Of a stretch of 64,000 nt of DNA, positions 1 to 15,239 are shown piece after piece. Under the pieces are notes generated by a model. It was not told the origin of the DNA. It saw only the letters and a list, made by a program, of their open reading frames with translations, and made no database searches. Position numbers and translations under genes: made by a program. The number at the start of each line of letters is the position of its first letter. Positions within the stretch are counted from its first letter, which is position 1. Source of the stretch: the human T2T-CHM13v2.0 reference genome, Homo sapiens; assembly GCF_009914755.1 (NCBI RefSeq), contig NC_060939.1. One strand, written 5' to 3'.

Positions 1-2104
1 CTTCCATCTGGATGGAGGAGAGAAAGTTGACCTGGAGTGAGGTTCAATGTAAGGACAAGATCTGCACCCGGAGAAGCTCTCTCTCGGAGAGCACAGGCGG
101 CCTGAGGAGTCAAAACAGGTGGCCTGTGGAGTCAGCACAGGCAGCCTGGAGGAGGTGAGCCCTGGACAGGCCTTCAGGGATGGGAAGGGTCTGGGCAGAA
201 GGAGCAGGAGGGCCAAAGCCAGCCCCGCTCAGCGGCCTCCCCTGCGTGTGCTGCCCCTGAGAGAAGGAAGCGCTCTCCTCCAGTAGCCCTGCCCCCGCTT
301 CCTCCCTTCCATCTGCCCTTTCCGCTTCAGTTCACCTCCTTTAATCCCACCACAACCGCCCAATGGGACACCATCCTACTCATTCCAGAGAGCATGAAAC
401 TGAGAGGCAGAATAACTTCCCCAAGCCCACACAGCCAGGCTCTGAGAGGAGCGGTGCTGGCCCAAGCCTGCCCTTAAGCCCGGGCTGCAGGCCGGAGCAG
501 CCCCTTCTCTCCTGCCGGCTGCCGCCCCCTCAAGCCTGCAGGTGTCTCTCCGGAGATGCTGGGCATGGGGCAGGGTTTGAGGTACACCCACCTCCACCTC
601 TCTTCCTGGCTCTTTCTCCTCTGTAGCTCCCATTTTAAAAGGAACTGCATTCCTAACATATTTTTCTTTAAATATCTAAATTCGTTGGGGAAAAAAATCT
701 TTCCTTAATGTTACCCTCCCTGCCACCCCTCAGCCCCGTCTCCTTCCCTCACAGCCACGCTCCCTCCCCACAACTAGGCCTCCTGAATCATGCTCCCTCC
801 CAGGGCACCAGCTCCTCCGGCTGCTGCTGAAACCCAATGAGGCAGCTGCCCCTCCTGGGAGGGTGTCCTGGTGCAAAGCTGAGTGCAGTGCCAAGCACAG
901 TTTGAAATCCTCATCTGCATCCCCAGCCTCCTCCACCACTCACTAGCTGTGTGGCCTGAAGCAAATTACTTAACTTCTCTGACTCTGTTTTTCCTCACCC
1001 ATGAGTTGAGGCTAGTAAGGACAGCTCCTTTACAAGGCTGCTGTGAGGTTTGAAGGATCTGTGTAAGAACTTGGCATGCTTCCTTTCTGCATGACACGGA
1101 AGGAACACTTGCATGGTGACACCACCATTGCTGATTCCTCCCCGTCCCTGGCTCCCGCGACAGCGCAGCGCTGTCCTGAGTTTCCGTCTTGTCTCTGATG
1201 TGCCTTTGTCATCAGCTTGTCCTTGGCTCCAGCCACCAGAGTCTGAGACCCTTGAGCTCAGCCTTAGGCATTTTCAAACCTGCACGCATTTGCTCCAGGC
1301 GGCCCCCCAGTCCTGGGGTTACTACCTCTGTGCAGATAAATTGGGGGTGGTTTGGTCTGGGGCATGTGGAGCTGGACTCCACGGTGGAACTGATATGAAG
1401 TGGCCCTGGAAGCCGTGAGTGTGTGTGAAACTGCCCGAGGAGAGAGCGGGAAGGGCTGCTGGGACCAGTCTCTGGGTACATGGAGGTGATGACAAGTTCA
1501 AGGCAAAGACCCGTGTTCCAGAAGAGATGGGAAAGAGCGGCTTCGGGAAGGAGGGAGTGGCCAGTCAAATCCATGGAGGATGGCCTCAGCTTCAGTCTTA
1601 GGTGGAGCTGGAGACCTTGTCCTGAGGGGCTTTTTGGCAGAGGAGGCAGGGAGGGGTGAGGACGGAGGAGAGGAGAACAGGTGAGAGCACCCAGCCCGGT
1701 GGCCTCGATCTTCTGAGGCCCCAGAAAGCGGATTACCCTGCAAAGCCCCTCGAGCTGACTTCCCAAATCCCTAATTGTGCTTCTCTGTCACAGGGAGGGT
1801 TAACCCCACTTACATAAGGGCCAGGCCCCGCCCCCTGTCCCCTTAACTCCATGATCCTTCTGGAAGCTTCACGCTCCGCCCGCTTCCCCTTGGGGTCTAA
1901 GGCTGGACCAACCCCACCCCAGCTCATCCTGAGGTGAGCTCTGGTCTGCTGGGGACAAGTGGTCCCCTCCAGGACAACATGGGCTTTCAGCTCTGTCCCG
2001 GGCAGGGAGGGGGCTGGCAAGTGGGCCTGGGGGTGGAGGAGCAGGCAAGAAAAGGCTGCTGAGTGTGACCTTCTCAGTAACCCCAAGAATATAACAATAT
2101 CAGC

Positions 2105-2320
2105 TGCACACACCATTTATTAGGTTCTTACTGAGTACCAGGCTCTGAAACACATTTCCTGAACCATTGTCTTTAGTTCCCCAACTACACCATAGGACAG
2201 GTGCTCTTCTCATCCTGTTTTACAGGTGAGGAACTGAAGTTTGGACAGATTGAGTCACTTTCTCAGGGACACATGGCTGGCCGGTGATGGAGAAGGTACT
2301 TGAACCTGGGTCTGCCTCTG
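2105..2320. mobile_element. MIR
   Basis: TTTTACAGGTGAGGAACTGAAG...ACTTTCTCAGGGACACATGGCT core. Confidence 0.7.
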
Positions 2321-2940
2321 CTCTCTCCACACTCCCTTGCGGGGGCCCGGGGCTTACTATAAGGCAAGGATGTAAGACAAGTTCCTCCTTCCCTCTCCTT
2401 CCCACAGGAGCAGAGGCATCGCTGGGCTGGAGGTGGGAAGGATGGACCTGGGAGCAGCGCAGGGGGCTGGTGTGGCAAGAGGCAGGCGGAGCTGTGAGGC
2501 CGAGTTCGGGGGGAAGGGGAGGACTCCTGAGAGCCCGTGGCCAGGCTCAAGGTGGCTGTGTCCTCACTGGCTCTAGTCCTGCAGGCCTGGCTCTCCAGAG
2601 GAGCCTGCCAGCTCCTCTTCTGCCCCCTCACAGGCCTGAAGGAGACCCTCCAGATGGGGATCCAGGCCTCTTTCCTCCAGGCCAGCCTCAGACCCTACGG
2701 GGGACGGTTCTGGGAACGTCCTCTGTGCCAGGTGTCTGGGGACTGCTAGCCTTCTGGGGGGGCTGGATCCTCAAATCGTGAGCCCCAAGCAGTCCCTTTC
2801 CAAGGGATTGGAGTGAGAACCTCGTGGGGCAGAGCCAGATCTACCTAGGACCCAAGGGGAGTGTCTCAGGCAGGACCCCCACAGGCAAAGACACACACAC
2901 TGGCCACACACTTGCCTTCGGATGTGTGCCAAGCAGCTCA

Positions 2941-3258
<318 letters not shown>

Positions 3259-3409
3259 TTAAAGTCCTTGGGAGAGGTGGAGTCCACACCTCTCTTCAAG
3301 ATGTGGCATGAAATGGTGAACAGCTGAGCACACAGGGCAGGAGGGCCCCGGGGGACCTTGGGCAGCCCGGGAACCAGCATGGGGTAGCAGGACTGACCGG
3401 CTCCCGGGG

Positions 3410-3500
3410 CACCTTGGTAATGCTGCAGGTGTGGCCAGTTGATCCCCTGTGGAGACAGTAAAGATTAAGAGGATCATAAACTGCGTCCAGCGGCTGCCCC
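3410..3500 (+). promoter_or_regulatory. NR2E3 proximal promoter with CRX/OTX-type site and TATA-like element
   Basis: AAGATTAA at 3461-3468 (TAATC on - strand), CATAAA at 3475-3480, about 220 nt upstream of ATG. Confidence 0.6.
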
Positions 3501-3690
3501 GGGAGAAATCTCCTCAAGCCAGAGCCTGTGCTGTGAGGGGCTTCGGGACCTTGGGGCAGCTCCTGAGTTCAGACAGAGTTCAGGAAGGGAGACAGGGGCA
3601 CAGAGAGACAGAGGTTCATGGACTGAGGCAAAGGCTGGGCCAGGCTCAGCAACCCAGGCCTCCCGCAGGCAGGCAGAGGCTGCCCTGTAA

Positions 3691-3969
<279 letters not shown>

Positions 3970-4272
3970 TAGAAACACGGTGGGGCGGGGATGGGGGTTG
4001 GGGGCGGGCAGGCTGCAGAGCCAGGACAGGACAGCCTAGCCGATGGGGAAGGAAAGAACAGAGAAGCGCCCTTAGGGCTTAACAGCACAGAGGTCCCTAG
4101 TGGCGTTGACAAGAATGTTTCTGTGGGATGATGGAGCCTGAAGCCACCCACAGAGAAGGGATGGGAGCTGGGAAAGTGGAGCTAGGGCTCGGACTCTTGC
4201 TGAAAATTGGCCATTGAGGGAGGAGAGAGGGCAAGGAATGGGGGTGGGGGCTGGGGTGTGGATGCACAGTGA

Positions 4273-4560
<288 letters not shown>

Positions 4561-4614
4561 TGAGTGCGGTGGGCCCTGCTGGGCGTCTGCCCCTGAGGGG
4601 TTCTGGAGGGGTGA

Positions 4615-5143
<529 letters not shown>

Positions 5144-5203
5144 TGAGGGCACAGCAGGGCTTGGCTTCCCGGGTCACAGCAGGGCTGCAGCGCCTTGCCT
5201 TGA

Positions 5204-5605
<402 letters not shown>

Positions 5606-6332
5606 TGATTCAGCGATGGCTGGGGTGCATCTCAGGGATGGTGACGGTGGGGGTGCATGCATCTCTGGCACAGGGATGATGGTCGGGGTGCACACCTAGG
5701 AGATGATGATGGCTAGGGACCTACAGGGCCCAGGGTCTTCTTAAGTTCTGGAAGACCCTCAGGCCCTGCAGACATTCTGTGGGTAACAAGTGACCTGCAC
5801 ACCCTGAACAGGCTGAGTGGCTGACTCTAGGCCCCCTTGGAGCACAAGTGCCTACGACTTCAGGGCTTGCATTTTAGTTCAATCTCTCCAGCTCTGGGCC
5901 ATCCCTCTCGGCTTCTAATGGGCAAGCAGATCTTTCAGGAAAACCAGGAGGAGAGGCATGAGGAGGGTTTGAGGCCCTCAGCCAGTCTGTGTGCTGGGGT
6001 GGAGCAACTCAGAAGAGTCAGGCCACACCACTTGAATACACTCAACTTAGGACACTCATGAGGCATGTCTCTGAGGCTGCCCAACTTCCAATGGCTCTGG
6101 GCGTTCCTAAATGTCCCAGCTGCAGCTCTGGATGGAACCCAGTGTCTCAGATGATAGGCAGCTGAGCCGGATGGTGCCAAATCCCAGAGCTCTGAGCCTC
6201 TGGCTGATGTCAGGAGAGCATTCTCGGGTCCCAGGACAGCACTTCCATTCCTTGGGTGCCTGAGATGGTGGCAGAGGCTCCAGACTGAGCCAGAGAAGCT
6301 GTGTGTCTGCCATAACAGGCACCCCTGTCTGA

Positions 6333-6590
<258 letters not shown>

Positions 6591-6796
6591 TGAGTCTCTG
6601 CCCAAACCTTGAGTGGGAATTCTGGTGACTTCCATCTGCCTCTCACTCTCCCTCCACTACCCCCATGTGTGCAGATGTGTGTAGGCCTCTATCCTGGGGG
6701 GTGGGAGGAGAGTGGTGAGGCTGGACTCCCTTCTCCTTGGGGCCACTCCTGGTTGACTGTGAGGGGACAGGGCAGGCTGGGAGCCCCTGGGAGACC

Positions 6797-7068
<272 letters not shown>

Positions 7069-9091
7069 TGACCTGAGCATGCGCCCACCCACTCATCTGT
7101 CCCTGACCTCTAACCTTTCTCTGCCTCTCCCACACTCTCCCAGAGCTCACTGATTAGACAGCACAAGGGTCTCAGTTCAACAGCATACAGCCAACATCTA
7201 TGGTGTCCCAGGCACAGTGCCAGGCCCCGGGAGTGGGGACCAAGATGTACATAAGACAAAGCTACTGCCTTCTAGAGACAACCGGCAGTGACCTCACTGA
7301 AGACAAAAACTGCCCTAGCCAGGTACTGAGGGTTGCATGAATCTGCAGGAGACAGAGATCCCCTTGCATGGGAAACATAAAGCAGAATTGGGAGGGACTT
7401 TGTGGAGACAGGGCTGGACTTGAAAGGAAGAAGAAGTCTAAAAGAAAACATCATTTGCAAAGGGAGAGAGGGGCAAGCATGATATGTTGTTAGAACAGGA
7501 GCCCACTTTGAAGGTATAACAGGTTCCTGCCAGTGAGAAATGGGGAGAATAAGCCAGAAAAGTACCCTAGGACCAGCCCGTTCAGGACTTTGAATGCCAG
7601 CCAAAGGCCACGTCTGACTTGGGAGGCAGAGGGCAGCTACTGCAGGTTTCCGAGCAGAGGGTCATACACAGGGCTGGACCTCACGCAGACTGGCATGGCC
7701 ATGGGTCCAGAGGATACTACTGGGAAGGGGATGGCAGCTACTGCCACCTTCCAGATGGTTCCATGGAGTTCTGATCTTTGGGCATGGCCAGGGGAAGCAG
7801 AAGGGAGACTCTAGGAGTTGAAATGGGTCAGACCCGGTGTTTGGGTGAAGGTAAGGAATGAGGGAAGAGGAGCTCTTTGGGAGAAGACATTGTTAAAAAT
7901 ATAAAAAGGAAAGCCAGGAGGAAAGACGGTTTTGAGGGAAGATGATAAGGTGTTTTGTAGGTGCACTGAGCATCCTGTAGAGATGCCAAGCACATGGATG
8001 GCCCTGGCTAGGTTTGGGGGAGAGTTGCTGCAGGCTGAGTGTGGCTGCGCGAGGGTGGGGCAGGAGCCGGTGCTCTGGGACTACGCTGTTTGGCCCAGCA
8101 CAGGCAGATGTCATGGAGCCTCAGCAAGGTTGGAACATTTGGCCTTCAGGCATCTACTGGCTATTTTAGACCATGTTATCTGCAATCTTTGGGGCTCCCG
8201 GCAGTTTCTTTCTGAAGAAGCAAGCTAATATGGGCATCCTTGCATCACCTCTAATCCAAGAAATGATTACAAGGAGAAAAGGTAATTTCCTTTTAAGAAA
8301 AGCCACAGTATACAAAGTATATGCCATATAGCACAGGAAGATTTGTGCTGCTTATGAGCATAGGGAGAACGCTGCTACTACTAAGACTTGACTTAGCATC
8401 TGAAGAGTGGGATTCAGAGACATTCAGAAACCAGCAGCCTTTCTCTGCCAAGTTTCTGTTGGAACCAACTCCCAGAGATGTCCTGGCATATTGGTTATGC
8501 GTCAAATTTCAAAATGCTGATTAAGATTTCCTATGTCCCTTTTATAGCGGTTCATTGCCTACTACAAGGGAATTGAGCATGAAGATAGTGGTTTGGGGTT
8601 CTCTAATCCAGCATATTATTTCAGTTTTTAAAAACTGCAACACCCAGGAAGAAACACAATTACCATCGCCCCCTGATATGCACACAGACACCAAAGCGAA
8701 GTTCCACGAAGTAATTCCTACCCTTAGCTTTTACAATTTACCTGATGTTTCTCTTTTCTTTTTTTGAAAAGGCTGATTGTGACCCCCTGAATTTAATTTC
8801 AGACCCACTAGGTGAGGCAATACCTGCAGTTTGGAAAAAACATTCTTTAACTGACTTTATAGTTATTTCTTCTTCCTCCCACTCTAATTTAGATCAGAAA
8901 AACAGAAGCAGGGAAGGCAGATGGGAGGGGTATACGACTTGCTCAGTGCTGCTCACTTGGCACTAGCAAGAGAAAGGAAGGCCTTAGGTTGGCAAAGCAA
9001 GTCCAGCAGATCACTGAGTGGTGGGGAAGTCTTCCCCGAAATTCACGGTGAGAGGAGCATGGGACTGCCCAATGTGGAGTAGCCTCCTTGA

Positions 9092-9509
<418 letters not shown>

Positions 9510-9729
9510 AGCAAATAGTTCTTATTTAAAACAATAAATATTTTTTTCAATGACTATCTCAGTCACCAAAATTATCCTTCAACTTCAGGACATTTTCAGT
9601 AATGGCTATCATCATCCTAGGTGGTATACAGACAGGAATTTGTATTCTTACAAACAATTCTTATCTACTAAAAACTAATCATATAATTATAATACTTATA
9701 TATGAGATTAATAATAATATTTTCATATA

Positions 9730-9890
9730 CAGGTGCTCCTTGACTTATGATGGGGTTACATCTGGATAAACCCATTGTTAAGTTGAAGCTACTGTAAGTT
9801 GAAGATGAATTTTCATACATAACCCATCTTAAGTCAAGGAGCATACTGAATGCTTATCACTTTCACACCATGATAAAGTCGAACCATCTG
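9730..9890 (+). mobile_element. MER47-like Tigger-derived DNA transposon fragment
   Basis: TA-CAGGTGCTCCTTGACTTATGATGGGGTTACATCTGGATAAACCCAT...CATCTG-TA. Confidence 0.7.
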
Positions 9891-10038
9891 TATAGAGTTA
9901 ATATAAACTTCACTTTATAATCTTTACATATAATAAACAATATTTACTCATTATTTTCATTGCACTCCTAAACTAAATAGAGGGTGGCGGCTCACAATGG
10001 GTCGAGGTAGGTGGAGGCAACTCCTCTGGTTAATGCGG

Positions 10039-10347
<309 letters not shown>

Positions 10348-10379
10348 TGAATGTGGCTTTTCCTCGAAATTCCTCCTGA

Positions 10380-10634
<255 letters not shown>

Positions 10635-10649
10635 TGGGGGTGGAGGTGA

Positions 10650-11200
10650 AATGTTTCCAAGCACTCTGGAAAACAATCTACTGAAACGAAACATTTGCCT
10701 ACTCTTTGCCCCAGCAATTCCTCGTAGGTGTGTGTACCCAGCAGAAATGCCCACCGAAAGATATTGTAAGAATATTCATAGCAGCTTTATTCATAATAGC
10801 CCCAAACTGTATATTGATGGTAGGATGAATTAACAAGTTGTGGTATATTCATATAATGAAAAATAATTTAAAAAGAATGAATTACGGATACATGTGGCAA
10901 CACAGGTAAACTTCACAGACATAAAAGTTGAATGAAAGAAGCCAGGCCGAAGTTCCATTTATGCAGAGTTCAGGAACAGGCAAGACTAATTGACAATAAT
11001 AGAAGTTGGAATAGTGGTTACTTCTGGGTGGTGGGGGATTGATACAGAGGGGGCTCATGGGAGCCCTCTGGTGTACCAGAAATGTTGATTTTGATCTGGG
11101 CAGTGGTTTCACAAATGTATTCATACGTAATAATTCATTGAGCTGTGCACTTTATTTTGTTAGACCTCAATAAAAAAGTAAAAAAAAAAAACAAAAAAAA
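10650..11200 (+). mobile_element. Old L1 (L1M-type) 3' fragment forming the NR2E3 3' UTR
   Basis: L1 3'-end motifs CCCAGCAATTCC, ATTCATAGCAGCTTTATTCATAATAGCCCCAAACTG, TGTGGTATATTCAT; ends in AATAAA + A tract. Confidence 0.75.
11169..11174 (+). terminator. NR2E3 polyadenylation signal AATAAA
   Basis: AATAAA about 535 nt after the stop, followed by an A-rich tract. Confidence 0.75.
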
Positions 11201-11550
11201 CCAGAAAAATGAGTGTGGTCAAGGCTCTCCCTTTGGGGACACTGAAGGAATGAGCGCAAGGTCTTTGAGTTCCATCTGGGTTCCACTCCAAGTCAGAGAC
11301 CAGGCGCAATGAATTCAAGCCCAGTGGAAAATCTCCCATAGAATTCAACCACCCAGCTTCTCTCCAGATGGCATCCCATCATCCGCAGCATCTCTCAACC
11401 TTTATCTCCTATCTCCTGCCTCATCTCCTTCCTAAGTAAAGAACACCTTCCAACTCAACATAAGGCAGCTACAGGTACGTTTTGTGAAAGGGACTCTTCA
11501 TCACTTCTCAGGTCCTTATGGAAAGATACAGCTCAGACAAACTTCATCAT

Positions 11551-11845
<295 letters not shown>

Positions 11846-13945
11846 TAATCCTTTTTGAAGATAGACCCAGATGACTGTGAAAATAATATTTTAACATGTT
11901 AACATAGATCAGGCAATGTATATATTAATAGCAGGCAGTGAGCCGGGCACTTTTTAAATTGCCATTTAATCCGCAGATTAACTCTGAGGGAAGAGCCAAT
12001 TTTCTCCATTTATAAGTGAAAAAACTGATGCTTAGAGAGGACTCAAACCTTGGTGTGACTCTACCTAATGCTGCTTAACTTTGGCACCGCCTCTTTCCCA
12101 ACTTCCCCTTCACTTTTGGAATGAAAGACTGAACAATTCTGTTGCATTTTCTGCCTTCAAAGGATAAGTGTTTGAAATCAAGACAGAAAGGGTCATGTGA
12201 GAAGGCTGAGAAATCCTAGGGGTTCCCTGTCCTTTGGCTTGTGTTTGAATTCCCTTAGCTGACAGAAATGCCCTATCTACTCAGGAACTCAGAACCGCTA
12301 GGGCTGGTGCCAGAGAGGAAAGAGTATGGCAAATGCTGCCCAGCTGAAGCCCTTCTTACTTCAGCCCCTAGGCTACTTCAGATTCTCTCCAACTTTTCAA
12401 AGTATCAGAGTGGCCTCAGTTAATCGGTCAACTAATGTCTATAATGCCATTATACAGTCCAATTCCCTATCAAAAGTTTTATCCATATGAGCTAAGCCCT
12501 GAGCAAAGCCACCTTAGTAAGACACATGGTTGAAATATGACATGACCAGCCCTGCGTATGTATCTTACAGTTTGGCTTTGGAGGACATGGTAAGACTGCA
12601 AAGGTAGCCTGCTGAAGTTCACAGGCTAGCATCTGGGATGTGTGAGCCCAGCACATCTACATTGGGAAGGAGATTTGAGGGCTCTCCAAGAAGTCTTGGA
12701 GAATTAGAGGAAGTACATAAGCTGGATTGTCTGCTGTCAATCGGGCATCAATACTACCCCTCCCCCACTTCTAAGGGCTTTTCTTCACTGCAGAGATGCC
12801 AGGAAGGAACTACATTTCCCAGAAACCCTTTCCCCTAGGATTTGCTAATGAAAGACACTCACAGGAGATTTTTTCCCCCCTAATGCCAAACTGATTAAAT
12901 TTGGCATTAGGAAAAAGAGAAGCCATTTTTCTTTGGAGACACTGCAGCCCTGTCGTGGGAAAATAGATTTCATAGCAGCCTCCTGGCTAGAATTGCACTA
13001 GCTTCCAGGCAAGCTCTTGAGAACTCCTCTGGAACTTGTAGCTGAGATTTGCGTTGGCTTTCTTGACCTGTGGGAATATCTCTGACCTTTGTTAGATCCT
13101 AATTTCTGTATTAAGTCCATCTCACCTGGAATACAAAGTGGCCTCTGTTCTCCTAACCTGGTACAGCTCTCAGCATGTCTTACAGACAAGAATACAAACT
13201 CCTGTTTGTAAACCACCTAGGATGATGGCAGCCATTATTCAACTTCTTGTTGTAGATTGGCTCTACAGAAATTCTGATGAGTAATGGCTTTTCCATTGCA
13301 TTTAGGGTCCTTATTAGGAGGGTAGATAATTTGAAAGCTTTTTTTTTTCCCCCTCAATGCCAGAAATATCTTTGGCTATGAAGCACCACAGAGGTAGTCC
13401 CTGTGGGACTATCTGGGCCTTTCTTTTCAAATAAAGCTAGTTTTTAGATTCACGAGACACTCCTCTACCCACAAGGGGATATTTCAAGGTAGGAAGGGCA
13501 GGGAAAGACTCAAAGATGCCAAGAAGCGCAACCTCATAGTCAAACCCAGGTATCATGGATGACTAGTCTCTATCTGGTGGACATCACTGGTGTTCCCCAC
13601 TAGAATGCAGGCTCCACAGGGCAGAGATCTTTGTTTTGTTCACTAATGTACCCTAAGCACCTAGGACAATGCCTGTGGGCACTACCTGGAAGTGACACAC
13701 TCCTTGACTGTGAGTCTGAGATACCTACAAGATTCAACAGTCAGATATTACATGTACTTTATCTACTTTCATGTTTATATCTCTGGCTCTAAGACACTGT
13801 ACTGCCACCCATTCTAGGGGCAAAAGCAATTTAAAAAACAAACCAAACCAAAGCTGTGGTCACTTTATAACTTGCCTCTCCTTATATACCTTTCTGTTCT
13901 CAGGTCTTCATAATCACAATAGTTGTCTTCTCAGTAATCATCTCA

Positions 13946-14290
<345 letters not shown>

Positions 14291-15239
14291 TTATTTGGGC
14301 AACTAAGGGAATTTTAAACAATTAACACTTCATATTTCAATGTAATATAAATTTAATGCAAAAATGAAAATGTAAATGTAACGTAAAAACAAGTGAGAAG
14401 GATGACCCCAGAATTTTAAAAATTGAATACATTTGGCATTAGGGACATGTTTTTTTCCCCATGTAACCTCAGACCTGATTTGGCATTTTGGAACCACTGA
14501 TCCTAGTCAATCCTCTCATCCAATATCTGCCTAGCCAGCACCTTTTATTAGGTGCTGGGATCTAAGAGTCAGCAAGACAGGTAAGTGTTTGACGCTGTGA
14601 AAACTGAGAGCTGTTGAGAACACAGACCTCTAACCCAATTCACAGGGTCAGAGCAAACTTCCTAGGACAACTACCTTTTATACTAAAACCTGCGAGTCAG
14701 TAGGAGTTCTCCAAAGCTGGGAGTTTGGGAAACAGAACTGACTTCCAGATAAGAAAACTAACATTCAGAGAGAGCGAATGCCTTTCCCAGACATGCAGTA
14801 AAGTTGGTAGCAGAACAAAAATGACAAACTGAGTTAAAATTTCTGTTCCTATTGCAATGTGTTGCTTTGAATTTCAGTGAGAATCCTTGGGCCCTCTATT
14901 GGCAACCTCTATTAGCAACTTCTTCAAGTGGCCAATTTAGGGGAGGATCCTAAATGCAGATTTACTGCTTTTCCTCCCTTCTAGCCTTAAACCGATTAAA
15001 TGAAGTCTTGACAGCCAGCAGCCTGCATCCACTACAGAAAAAACGACACCTTGAATCACACCTTCACTTGAATTCAGTTGAGTTCCAGTGACTACCACCT
15101 CTGTGCTTTGTCAACTTTGGGTTGAGTCCTTTCCTGAAAACACATCAGTGTAACTAAGAAGTCACTGCTGTTTCTTGGAGTTGGGTTGGAATAGTTGGAG
15201 TGGGAGCCAGGATGGTTGGAAAACAAACCACACATATTG

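Noticed and set aside
340-348. TAATCC CRX-like site
   Set aside because: Falls within a MIR-like relic, and TAATCC also occurs in every Alu; no independent support
1212-1766. 184-aa - strand ORF upstream of NR2E3
   Set aside because: Non-ATG start, GC-rich composition, no family similarity
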